This document shows, in pieces, positions 38,033 to 46,809 of a stretch of DNA of 64,000 nucleotides. Made by a program: the position numbers and the translations under genes. The notes beneath the pieces were generated by a model. That model was not told the origin of the DNA and did no database searches. It saw nothing but the letters and a program-made list of their open reading frames with translations. How positions within the stretch are numbered: the first letter of the stretch is position 1; each line of letters starts with the position of its first letter. This DNA comes from Deltaproteobacteria bacterium (lineage in GTDB: Bacteria; Myxococcota; Kuafuiibacteriia; Kuafuiibacteriales; Kuafuiibacteriaceae). The DNA is taken from contig JAVJQW010000046.1 of the NCBI GenBank assembly GCA_040218735.1, positions 64,001 through 128,000 on the forward strand, read 5' to 3'.

Positions 38033-39373
38033 TCAGGGGAACAGGCCGCGCGTGAGCATGGCCTCGGTGACGCGGTGGATGCCGAGCGCCAACGTCGCGC
38101 TGCGCATGTCCGTGTCGAGCTTCTTCTGGAACGCGATGCACTCCGCGAAGGCTTCGCTGAGGATCCGGAAGAGGCGCTGGTTGATCTCCTTGCGGGTCCA
38201 GAAGAACGACTGCAGGCCCTGCACCCACTCGAAGTACGACACGATCACGCCGCCCGCGTTCGCGAGGATGTCGGGCACCACGAAGATTTCGTCCTGGCGC
38301 TCCTTGAGGATCTTGTTGCCCTCGGAGGTCACCGGGCCGTTCGCACCTTCGGCGACGATACGGCACTTCAGCTTCTTCGCGATCTCCGCGTCGATCACAC
38401 CGCCGAGCGCCGCGGGGATGAGGATGTCGACGTCGAGCGTCAGCAGCTCCTCATTCGTGATCGCCTCACCTCGCGGGTAGTCCTTCAGGACCTTGCGGAT
38501 CTCGACGTACTTGAGCACGTGCCGGACATCGAGGCCGTCCTTGTTGTAGATGCCGCCGGTCACGTCGGACACCGCGACGACCTTGCAACCCATCCGCTCG
38601 AGCTTGCGCGCCGCGTACGTACCCACGTTGCCGAAGCCCTGGATCGCGACGGTCTTCCCTTCGAGCGGGAAGTCGAGGTGCTCCGCCGCCGACGCCACGC
38701 AGTACGCGACGCCGCGACCGGTCGCTTCCTTACGACCCTTCGAGCCGCCGACGTAGATCGGCTTGCCCGTCACGACCGACGGAACCACGTGCCCCTTCAT
38801 CTCGGAGTACGTGTCCATGATCCACGCCATGGTCTGATCGTTCGTGCCCATGTCCGGCGCCGGGATGTCGGAGTCCGGGCCGATCATGTCGAGGATCTCG
38901 ACCGTGAAGCGTCGCGTCGCGCGCTGCAGCTCCTGACGCGACAGCGGCCGCGGGTCCATGCGGATGCCGCCCTTCGCGCCGCCGAGCGGGATGCCCGCGA
39001 CGGCGCACTTGAACGTCATCAGCATCGCGAGCGCCGATACCTCTCCGAGGCTCACCTCTTCGTGGTAGCGGATGCCGCCCTTGAAAGGCCCGCGTGCGTT
39101 GTTGTGCTGGACGCGGTAGCCGATGAAGTTCTTCACCGAGCCGTCGTCCATGCGCGTGGGCACGCTGACGATCATGGCGCGCTGCGGAGTGAGCAGGCGG
39201 TTCCTGATGTTCGGATCGATGTTCGTCGCGTCGCAGGTCTTCTCGACCAGCTCTGCGGTGTCCCGATAGAACTTCGACTCCCACTCGAGATTGGAGCGGT
39301 AGCGGTCGAGGCTCTCGGTCACGGATCCGAGGTCGCCGGTGGTCGGCGGTCCGGGGGTCTTGGGGTCGCTCAA
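38033..39373 (-). CDS. gdhA: Glutamate dehydrogenase (Glu/Leu/Phe/Val family)
   Basis: GPFKGGIRY, GGAKGG, DIPAPDMGT, VTGKP, ATGRG, QGFGNVG, EGANGP, NAGGVIVSYFEWVQ. Confidence 0.95.
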   Translation of the reverse strand: MSDPKTPGPPTTGDLGSVTESLDRYRSNLEWESKFYRDTAELVEKTCDATNIDPNIRNRLLTPQRAMIVSVPTRMDDGSVKNFIGYRVQHNNARGPFKGGIRYHEEVSLGEVSALAMLMTFKCAVAGIPLGGAKGGIRMDPRPLSRQELQRATRRFTVEILDMIGPDSDIPAPDMGTNDQTMAWIMDTYSEMKGHVVPSVVTGKPIYVGGSKGRKEATGRGVAYCVASAAEHLDFPLEGKTVAIQGFGNVGTYAARKLERMGCKVVAVSDVTGGIYNKDGLDVRHVLKYVEIRKVLKDYPRGEAITNEELLTLDVDILIPAALGGVIDAEIAKKLKCRIVAEGANGPVTSEGNKILKERQDEIFVVPDILANAGGVIVSYFEWVQGLQSFFWTRKEINQRLFRILSEAFAECIAFQKKLDTDMRSATLALGIHRVTEAMLTRGLFP

Positions 39374-39442
39374 GGCGGGCGGAAGCTACACTTGTTTGTC
39401 CCGCTTGCGAACCGATATCGACGAGTGTTCATCTTCGGATCG

Positions 39443-40660
39443 ATGCACACCTCGACGCCGCGATTCGCCTCGGGCCTTCTCCTCGCCCTCGTCGTCACCG
39501 CTTGTTCGGGAGGGGAGGAACCACCGCCCCCACCGCCGCCGACCCAGGTCCAGCTCACCGTGGTCGACGCGGTCGACGACGGGCCCCTCGCCGGCGCCTT
39601 CGTCTACGTCGCGGGCTCCGCCGGGTGGACCGAGGTGTCCGCGGACGGGGTCGTGACGCTGGAGGTCGACCCGGGCACCCACGCGTACTGGGTGGTCGCC
39701 CCGATGCACGTCACCGTGCCGCCGCCGCTCACCGACGCGCCGACGGTCGAGGCCGCCGCGAATCAGACCACCGAGGTGCGCGTCGTGGTGGACCGCCGCA
39801 GCGTCGGCGCCGCCGACGGGACGATCCGCGGCACGGTGACCGTAGACGGTACCCCCGCCGAGGGCGTCCTCGTGGTCGCCGCCGGCGTCCCGTCCTACGA
39901 GGGGTACTCGGACGCGACGGGCGCCTACGTGATCGCGGGCGTCGGCAACGGCAGCTTCCAGGTGCGCGCGCGGCAGGGCGGCACCGCCGGTGACGCATCG
40001 CAGAATGTCACGACGACGGCGGGGCAGACCTCGGACGGCGTCGACTTCGCGTTGGTGTCCGGCGGACAGGACGTGACCGGCACGATCGCCGGGGGCACCG
40101 GCTCCGGGCGCGTCGCGTTGCTCGACCCGGATGTTCGCCGTGTCGTCCCGGGGCTCTCGGTCTCGGCGGATCTGGCCTCCGGCTACACGATCACGGGCGT
40201 GCCGGCGGGGCGGTACCGACTGCTCGGCGCGTTCGACGCGGACGCCTACGTGATGGACCCCGAACCGATCCGCGAGAACGGGCTGCCCGTCGTCGACGTC
40301 GACGCCGCCGCCGTGACGCAGGACTTCGGCGTCGCCCCCGCGATCGATGGCCTCGCGCCGACGGGCACGGCGACGGCGACGCCGGAGCTCTCGTGGGCAC
40401 CGTTTGCAGGCGCGGACTACTACGTCGTCGACTTCCGTGACGCAGCGGGTCGAACCATCTGGGGTGGCTTCGACGCGACGGGGAACTGGTCGACGCGGAC
40501 CTTCGACACGTCCGTGATGTATGGCGGTCCGGCGCTCTCGCCGGGGGCGCGGTACACGTTCCGCGTGTTCGCTGCGGTGCAGGACCCGATCGTGCCCTCG
40601 GTGTTTGCGTTGGTCGCGGCGAGCGAGGCGGAGGGGGCGTCGTTCCGCGTGGCCCGGTGA
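39443..40660 (+). CDS. Lipoprotein with carboxypeptidase-regulatory-like beta-sandwich repeats
   Basis: Lipobox VTAC, poly-Pro linker, G-x-I-x-G-x-V...DATGAY-x-I-x-GV repeats. Confidence 0.75.
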   Translation: MHTSTPRFASGLLLALVVTACSGGEEPPPPPPPTQVQLTVVDAVDDGPLAGAFVYVAGSAGWTEVSADGVVTLEVDPGTHAYWVVAPMHVTVPPPLTDAPTVEAAANQTTEVRVVVDRRSVGAADGTIRGTVTVDGTPAEGVLVVAAGVPSYEGYSDATGAYVIAGVGNGSFQVRARQGGTAGDASQNVTTTAGQTSDGVDFALVSGGQDVTGTIAGGTGSGRVALLDPDVRRVVPGLSVSADLASGYTITGVPAGRYRLLGAFDADAYVMDPEPIRENGLPVVDVDAAAVTQDFGVAPAIDGLAPTGTATATPELSWAPFAGADYYVVDFRDAAGRTIWGGFDATGNWSTRTFDTSVMYGGPALSPGARYTFRVFAAVQDPIVPSVFALVAASEAEGASFRVAR

Positions 40661-40701
40661 GGGTTGACGTGGTTTCGAAAGGGTGGTCTGCGAAGAGGAC
40701 C

Positions 40702-42345
40702 ATGCGCGTTCGAACCGGGTTCTTCCTCATCGGCCTCTCGGCCTTCAGCTACGCCTGCGGCGGGATCTCCAACTGCAAGGAGGACGGCGCCGCGTGCGCC
40801 GAGATGCTGAACAAAAACGCGGAGAAGTGTGCCGCGGCCTACCAGCTCCGGCAGTCCGAGAAGAACCGGAAGTACTGCGTCAACGCGATCGACGTGGTGG
40901 GCGACCAGAAGATCGCCGCTGCGCTCCCCGGCCTGAAGGCGGTCCTGGCGGTTCCGGACTCGGACGTGCCGGACGACAAACACCGCGAAGAGGCGGTGAA
41001 GTCCCTCGCGCAGATCGGCGACGCGAGCGCGGTCCCGGATCTGGTCGCGGCGATCAACTTCACGGCGGGCACCAGCTCGGACCCGAAGGACAAGGCGGCG
41101 AACCTCACGAACGAGGCGATCGCGCAGGCGCTCGGTCAGCTGAAGGCGAAGGAGGCGGTGCCGAAGCTCATCGAGCTCACGAACAAGAGCCCGAACAACT
41201 ACGTCGTCCTGAAGTCGGTGCGTTCGCTCGGGCAGATCGGCGCGAAGGAGGCGGTGAAGCCGCTGGAGAAGATCGCGCTCGAGCACTCGAACAAGTTCAT
41301 GCGCAAGAACGCGGTCATCGCGCTGGGTGACATCGGCGATCCGTCGGCGACGGAGACGCTCATCCAGATGATGTTCGTCGAGTACCAGGGGGTGTCGTTC
41401 TACAAGGAGGCTTCGTTCGGCCTGTACCAGATCGGCCCGGCGACCTCCGAGGCGCTGATGAAGACGATGGCCGGCGAGAACAAGGAAGTGAACGCGTACT
41501 TCGAGAGCAAGGGTGGCCTGAAGACGTCGGCCATCAAGGCGAAGTGCGGGTTCGTGCTCGGTGACCTCCGCGACCCGCGCGCCGTCGAGCCGCTCCTCGA
41601 GGCCTTCAAGGAAGCGGCCGAGAAGCCGGACCCGGTGGTGCTCGTCTACGCGGCGGCGCCGCTCGGCGCGCTCGGCGACAAGCGCGCGGTGGGCCCGCTC
41701 GCGAAGGAGATGCTGACGCTCGACGCTTCGCTGCGCGACCCGATGATGCGTGCGCTCAACCACCTCGGCGATCGCTCGGTGGTGCCGGAGATGATCGAGG
41801 CGATGACGAAGGAGCACTTCGTCAAGGCGTGCATGAAGTCGGGCAACTCGAAGGAGGCCTGCACGAGCGACCAGACGAAGGCCTCGCTCTACGGCGCGCA
41901 GAAGGCGGCGATCGACCACGCGTCGAACCTCGCGGGCGCTGAGCACCTCGACGCCTACAAGAAGGCGGTCGAGGCCGAAGAGGACAAGGACATGAAGGAG
42001 TACGCGCAGGCGCGCCTGAAGCGCGTCGAGGCTGCGGGCGAGTGCAAGATGGACCCCGGCTGCTGGGTCAAGAAGCTGCAGGACTCCGACAAGCTGATCC
42101 GCGAGAAGGCCGCGTGGGAGCTCGGCCGCATCAAGGACAAGGGCTCGCTCGACGCCCTCGCGAAGGCGCTCCAGGACAAGAAGTCCGAGCCGCGCTCCGC
42201 CGCGATCATGGCGTACTGGGCCTTCGGCGACAAACGCGCCGTCGAGGCGATCGAGAAGCAGCTGGAAGACGAGGCCGGGATGGCGGACTACGTCCGCGTG
42301 AACGAGGACCTCAAGCGCCTGTTGGTCCACCTGAAGCGCTCGTAG
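40702..42345 (+). CDS. HEAT/PBS-lyase repeat lipoprotein
   Basis: SD GAGG, lipobox SYAC, repeated A-x-x-LG-x-IGD-x-x-AV-x-x-L. Confidence 0.85.
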   Translation: MRVRTGFFLIGLSAFSYACGGISNCKEDGAACAEMLNKNAEKCAAAYQLRQSEKNRKYCVNAIDVVGDQKIAAALPGLKAVLAVPDSDVPDDKHREEAVKSLAQIGDASAVPDLVAAINFTAGTSSDPKDKAANLTNEAIAQALGQLKAKEAVPKLIELTNKSPNNYVVLKSVRSLGQIGAKEAVKPLEKIALEHSNKFMRKNAVIALGDIGDPSATETLIQMMFVEYQGVSFYKEASFGLYQIGPATSEALMKTMAGENKEVNAYFESKGGLKTSAIKAKCGFVLGDLRDPRAVEPLLEAFKEAAEKPDPVVLVYAAAPLGALGDKRAVGPLAKEMLTLDASLRDPMMRALNHLGDRSVVPEMIEAMTKEHFVKACMKSGNSKEACTSDQTKASLYGAQKAAIDHASNLAGAEHLDAYKKAVEAEEDKDMKEYAQARLKRVEAAGECKMDPGCWVKKLQDSDKLIREKAAWELGRIKDKGSLDALAKALQDKKSEPRSAAIMAYWAFGDKRAVEAIEKQLEDEAGMADYVRVNEDLKRLLVHLKRS

Positions 42346-42547
42346 ACACGCCGAGCCCTTCGAGCAGGCCGCGCAGCTCCTTCATCGCTTGGTCGAGCTG
42401 CTCCATCCGATCCGCGTTCCGCACCGCCGCCATCGCGATGTCCTCGCCGCAGTGCGGGCACGCGACCTCCTCCGGTTTCACGAAGCTCTTGCACGCGTGG
42501 CACAGCGCGAGCTGCGGCGGGACTCGGCCTTTCGCTCGGTTCGTCAC
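42311..42547 (-). CDS. Small Zn-ribbon protein (78 aa), third gene of the radical SAM operon
   Basis: CHAC-x9-CPHC followed by an amphipathic helix. GTG start overlaps the rSAM stop (GTGA). Confidence 0.7.
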   Translation of the reverse strand: MTNRAKGRVPPQLALCHACKSFVKPEEVACPHCGEDIAMAAVRNADRMEQLDQAMKELRGLLEGLGVSTSASGGPTGA

Positions 42548-43803
42548 GCGAGCACCACCAGTCGGGGGTGTCCGACCTGCGTGTGGCGCGGCTCGGCGGC
42601 GATGCGCTTCACTTCGGCGCCGTCGTCGATGCGTTCCTCGATCAGCTCGAAGCCGCCGTAGTCGAACGGCTGGCCGGGCGCCGCGCGCACCTTGACGATG
42701 CGCTCGCGGAGGCCCTCTTCGGCGAGCTTGAGCGCGCGGTAGTGGCAGTACGGGTTGTTGCCGCTGCGACCGAACAGCGTGTGCGTCGTCCACGTGCAGC
42801 CCGCGCGGCAGACGTCGGCGTAGTAGCAACCTTGGCAGCGCCCCCACAGGTCCGCCGTGGTGCGCGTGCGGTTGAACGCGAGGGCGTCGGCGTCGTTCCA
42901 GATGTCTTCGAGGCTCAGGTCGCGGATGTTGCCGCCCGAGAACGGCGTAGTCGGGAGCGACGGGCAGCCCTTGATCGTGCCGTCCGCCTCGATGCCGAGG
43001 GTGTTGAGCCCCGCGTTGCAGCCCTTGAAGTGGCTGAACTCACTCCGCCCGCGCCACGCGTGTTCGTAGGGGCCGAAGTAACCGATGTTGTTGCCGGGGA
43101 TGAGGTCGATGCCGTGGACCTTCGCCTTCTCCCAGAGCTCGAACAGCACCGGATAGATCTCGAGCAGCTCGTACGGCTGCACCAGGAGCGCGTCGTTGTC
43201 CGCGGCGCGGCCCATCGCGACGGTGAGTTGGATCTGCCAGGTCGCGATCCCGATCTCGATGAAACGATCGAGCATCGCCGGGAGCTCGCCGAGGATCGAG
43301 CTGTGGATCTGCGTGTTGACGCTCAGCTCCATGCCGTAGCGCTTGCACGTCTCGAGCGCGGTGATCGCCTTGTCGAACGAGCCCGGTACGCCGCGGATCG
43401 CGTCGTGTGTCTCGGCGAGCCCGTCGATCGAAACGCCGATGACGCGCAGCCCCGCCTCCGCCGCTTCGGCGACGCGTTTCTCGGTGAGGTTGCGCGCGCC
43501 GGTCTGAACGCCCGGCAGCATCCCCGCGTCCGCGACGGCGCGGATGAGCGTCGTCCAGTCCTTGCGGAGGTACGCTTCGCCGCCGATCAGCGTGACCTCA
43601 CGGCAGCCGAGCGCCGCGAGCTGCGTGACGACGTCGAGGCACTCCGCAGTGGACAGCTCGTCGGGGCGTCGGCGCGCGGCGCGCGACCCGCAGTGGTTGC
43701 ACTCCAGGTCGCACGCGAGCGTGATCTCCCAGACCGCGTGGGCGGGGAAGGGCGACGTCCAGTCGTCCTCCGTCAGCCTTCGGCCCGAGTCGATCGTCGC
43801 CAT
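42544..43803 (-). CDS. Radical SAM/SPASM peptide/protein maturase, resembling the TIGR03913/PlpX splicease clade
   Basis: VWEITLACDLECNHCGSRA (CxxxCxxC), LIGGEAYLR, WQIQLTVAMGRA, PGNNIGYFGPYE. SPASM C-x-AG...GCPSL...CQGCYYADVCRAGC and NNPYCHYR. Confidence 0.88.
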   Translation of the reverse strand: MATIDSGRRLTEDDWTSPFPAHAVWEITLACDLECNHCGSRAARRRPDELSTAECLDVVTQLAALGCREVTLIGGEAYLRKDWTTLIRAVADAGMLPGVQTGARNLTEKRVAEAAEAGLRVIGVSIDGLAETHDAIRGVPGSFDKAITALETCKRYGMELSVNTQIHSSILGELPAMLDRFIEIGIATWQIQLTVAMGRAADNDALLVQPYELLEIYPVLFELWEKAKVHGIDLIPGNNIGYFGPYEHAWRGRSEFSHFKGCNAGLNTLGIEADGTIKGCPSLPTTPFSGGNIRDLSLEDIWNDADALAFNRTRTTADLWGRCQGCYYADVCRAGCTWTTHTLFGRSGNNPYCHYRALKLAEEGLRERIVKVRAAPGQPFDYGGFELIEERIDDGAEVKRIAAEPRHTQVGHPRLVVLA

Positions 43804-43805
43804 CG

Positions 43806-44429
43806 TCAGTTCCCTTGGATCGCCGCGTTGAGATCCTTGAGCGCTTCCATCGAAGCCGTCACGCCCTGCGGGGTCTCCGTCGAGCCACGCATGACGTTGG
43901 AGGCGCTCGCCGTCGCGAACACCGCAGCGCCGCGGCGCGGTGCGGCCGCGATGCCCGTGCCGTCGGTCGACGTCGTCGCCACAGAGGCGACCGGCGTCAG
44001 CGTGTCGGCCGCGTGCGCGGAGAGCATGCGCGCCATCGCGAGCTTCTCGGGGTTGCTCGGATCAGCGCGGACCTCTTCGGCGGCGCGACGAATCGCCACC
44101 GCGTACAGCGCCACGATCTCGTCGCCCGGGCGCGTGTCGGGGAGCGCGCCCATCATGCGGAGGAACGTCGCGCGCGCGGCCGGCTCCATCGCCTTGCCGC
44201 CGAGCAGCTTCGCGAGGCCTTCGCGGGCCTCCTTCGCGTAGGTCGTGGGCCCGCCGTCCATCGCGCGCGCGGTCGCCGGGTCGGCGTCGAACGCGGCCTT
44301 GATCGCGTTCATCTCCTGCCAGGTGATCTGCCGGCCGCCGAGGCTGCCGGAGTCGGCGAAGGCGTCGACTTGGATCTTCGCGGCGGCGAGGAGCTGTTGG
44401 GTGGTGTTGGGCGTCTTTCCGATGGCCAT
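43806..44429 (-). CDS. Hypothetical 207-aa protein, candidate substrate of the adjacent radical SAM enzyme
   Basis: SD GGAG; stop is 2 nt before the rSAM start; internal PGDEIVALYAVA motif. Confidence 0.75.
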   Translation of the reverse strand: MAIGKTPNTTQQLLAAAKIQVDAFADSGSLGGRQITWQEMNAIKAAFDADPATARAMDGGPTTYAKEAREGLAKLLGGKAMEPAARATFLRMMGALPDTRPGDEIVALYAVAIRRAAEEVRADPSNPEKLAMARMLSAHAADTLTPVASVATTSTDGTGIAAAPRRGAAVFATASASNVMRGSTETPQGVTASMEALKDLNAAIQGN

Positions 44430-44490
44430 GGAGGTTCTCCGAGTGCGTTTCTAGCGGGCGGGGTGTGGGTGCATGACGGCCCGTGTAGTT

Positions 44491-44518
44491 GTTATCGGAA
44501 GCTCGTTTGCCCTGTTGC
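44491..44518 (-). promoter_or_regulatory. Candidate alternative-sigma promoter GCAAC-N16-CGATAAC
   Basis: The minus strand reads GCAACAGGGCAAACGAGCTTCCGATAAC. TCCGATAA resembles the sigma28 -10 (GCCGATAA). The same motif occurs at 10491. Confidence 0.35.
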
Positions 44519-44586
44519 TCGGATCTCGCACCCGAATCCGACGCCGCGATCGGGCCTTTGTCCCGACCGGCGCGTGCCCTCGAGGA

Positions 44587-45237
44587 CTACAGCTGGGTCA
44601 TCGCGTACGCGTAGAGCTTGTACGCTTGGGTGCCGGGGTCGTTGTACGGGACCCCGAGCGTCGCGCAGAGGCGGCGATCGTAGAGCAGGTCGACGACCTT
44701 CTCGTGGATCTGGTGCTGCTGCGCCTGCGTGAGCGTCTCCCACTGCGCCGCGACCTGTGCCTCCGAGAGCACGGGCGTCGTGAGGTCCTCGGCGGTGACG
44801 GTCTGGGCCACCCAGGGGCGCGCGGCGGGTCGAAGCTCGACGTTTGCGCGCGGATCGTTCGTGCGGAGGAGCCGCGCGAGGTCACACGCCTTCGCGAGCG
44901 TCGTCAGGAGCTCGGCGGGAGACCACGGCTTGCCGACGAAACGAAACACCTGCGTCTCGTTGATCGCACGAATGACGGTCGAGCGCCGCGGGTCGCCGGT
45001 CAGCAGAATGGTGACGACGCTCGGGTGCCGCTCCGCGATCCACGCGAGCAGGTCGAGCCCGGTCGACCCCGGCATGAGGTGGTCGGCGACGACGACGTCG
45101 ATGCGCGTGGAGTCGAGGAGCGTCTGCGCGTCGTTGACGCACTCGACCGGATAGACGCGCGCGCCCAACTTCTTCACGACGCGCGAGAGCGTTCGAAGCT
45201 CGGCGCGGTCGTCGTCGACCAACAGCACGTGATCCAC
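44587..45237 (-). CDS. Response regulator (receiver plus unknown C-terminal domain)
   Basis: LLVDDD, VVADHLMP, LLTG, FVGKPW. SD GGAGAGG before the GTG start. Confidence 0.8.
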   Translation of the reverse strand: MDHVLLVDDDRAELRTLSRVVKKLGARVYPVECVNDAQTLLDSTRIDVVVADHLMPGSTGLDLLAWIAERHPSVVTILLTGDPRRSTVIRAINETQVFRFVGKPWSPAELLTTLAKACDLARLLRTNDPRANVELRPAARPWVAQTVTAEDLTTPVLSEAQVAAQWETLTQAQQHQIHEKVVDLLYDRRLCATLGVPYNDPGTQAYKLYAYAMTQL

Positions 45238-45367
45238 CGGCGGTTCCCCTCTCCCCGGAATAACACGAGGGACCGAGTGTGGGTTGCACCGAGTTGAGAT
45301 TAACTTCACGTCGCGCTTGGAGAACGCCCGGACGTTCGGACAGGTCTGCGGCGGCGCGCCGGCCCGG

Positions 45368-45799
45368 TCACCACTCGCCGACGTTGGGCATCGACGCCCA
45401 CGGCTCTTGCACGGGGCGCGCTTCTCCGCGCTGCAACAGTTCGATCGAGATCAGATCCGGTGAGCGGATGAAAGCCATCCGGCCGTCGCGCGGCGGGCGG
45501 TTGATCGTGACCCCCGCGTCCAGCAGGCGCTGGCACAGCGCGTAGATGTCGTCGACTTCGTACGCGAGGTGACCGAAGTTCCGGCCGACGGTGTACGCCT
45601 CCTCCTGGTCCCAGTTGTAGGTGAGCTCGACGTGGGGGGCGTCGGCGTCCTTGGCGCGGGTCGTGGCGAGGAAGACGAGCGTGAAGCGCCCCTTCTCGGA
45701 GTCGCGGCGTCGCACCTCGTGCATGCCGAGTTTGTTCACGAAGAAGTCGAGCGCGGCGTCCAGGTCGCGGACGCGGATCATCGTGTGGAGGTATCGCAT
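45368..45799 (-). CDS. gloA: Lactoylglutathione lyase (glyoxalase I)
   Basis: [38 protein letters not shown]. Confidence 0.92.
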   Translation of the reverse strand: MRYLHTMIRVRDLDAALDFFVNKLGMHEVRRRDSEKGRFTLVFLATTRAKDADAPHVELTYNWDQEEAYTVGRNFGHLAYEVDDIYALCQRLLDAGVTINRPPRDGRMAFIRSPDLISIELLQRGEARPVQEPWASMPNVGEW

Positions 45800-45857
45800 C
45801 GCGGACGAGCGTGCGCACAGGGGACGCCTGAAGGCGAGCGCGCTACAATGAACGTCG

Positions 45858-46181
45858 ATGGAGCCGATCACGCGAGGCCCGCTGACCGACATGAAGCGTC
45901 TGCACGCGAAGCTCGACGTGCACGGGATCGCCGCGGAGATCTTGCGCCCGATCGACTGCAACCTCGGCGCTTGAAACGCGACATTCGTGCTCGCGGTCGC
46001 GAGCCAAGACATCGAAGCCACCCGCCGGCTCCTCGACGACGCGTGGCGTGACTCCCTCGACGCCGAGCACCCCGACGTGGTCGTCGACTTCGACCAGGCC
46101 GAGATGACCTGCCCGGCGTGCCTCACCAAGTTCGCGACGGGCCCGCGCGAGTGTCCGGACTGCGGGCTGTTCCTCGGCTGA
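45858..46181 (+). CDS. Putative selenoprotein (107 aa, UGA at codon 39) with C-terminal Zn ribbon
   Basis: MEPITRG...[19 protein letters not shown]...CPAC...CPDCGLFLG is one continuous frame. TGA at 45972-45974 is followed by a SECIS-like hairpin. TACAAT lies 8 nt before the ATG. Confidence 0.75.
45989..46004 (+). promoter_or_regulatory. Bacterial SECIS element candidate
   Basis: GCTCGC-GGTC-GCGAGC: 6-bp stem with a GGUC loop beginning 20 nt after the UGA, like the E. coli fdhF apical GGUC loop. Confidence 0.7.
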
Positions 46182-46721
46182 TCAGTTCTCGACGAGCGGC
46201 CCCTCGACCTCGACGCGGAACGCATCCTCGGGGATCTCGAGCGCGAGGAGGTTCGACTCGACGCAGGCCTTCGCGTCTTCGCTCACCACGCCGTAGTGGA
46301 CGACGCCGGTGAAGTGATCGATGCCGAGCGTCTGCATGTCCTCGATGACGAACACACCCCTGGAGCGGAGCTCGTACCGCCACAGCTGGGCGAAGTCATA
46401 CGTGGTCTTTTGCGGCGTCGCTGGATTGTTGCGCCAGGGGCGCTCGCCGTAGATCTCCACGAGCGCGTCGCGCGCCTGGTCGGCGAGGGCCTGGCTCGGC
46501 TCGACGAGCAGCACCGCGAGGTGCACCTGATCCCGCATGACGTAGGTGCCGCCGAACCCCGGGACGGTCTCGACGAGCGCCGCGAGCGCGCGTTGGTCTT
46601 CGAAGCCGGGGCCGGTCGGGAACGTCTCGGCCGCCGCCGCGACCGTCGGGCACACGAAGGGCTCCGGGGCACATCCCCAGGCGAACGCGACGAGGGCCAA
46701 CGCGAGCGTCCAGCGCATCAT
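46182..46721 (-). CDS. Hypothetical lipoprotein
   Basis: Lipobox AWGC; fills the gap between convergent genes. Confidence 0.65.
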   Translation of the reverse strand: MMRWTLALALVAFAWGCAPEPFVCPTVAAAAETFPTGPGFEDQRALAALVETVPGFGGTYVMRDQVHLAVLLVEPSQALADQARDALVEIYGERPWRNNPATPQKTTYDFAQLWRYELRSRGVFVIEDMQTLGIDHFTGVVHYGVVSEDAKACVESNLLALEIPEDAFRVEVEGPLVEN

Positions 46722-46809
46722 GGACCGTCGTACAACAGACGCCCCCGCATTGGCGACGAAGGGAAGTCGCCCCGTGGCGGGACCTGTTGGACACTCCCGA
46801 AATCGCCCC

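Noticed and set aside
37448-39442. 1070-aa ORF suggesting a giant protein
   Set aside because: The first ~665 codons are antisense to cytochrome c and gdhA. The real gene starts at the lipoprotein signal at 39443.
44495-44520. ACAGGGCAAAC on the minus strand, resembling the start of a c-di-GMP-I riboswitch
   Set aside because: No GNRA-capped P2 stem and no GACGCAAAG-type segment follow.
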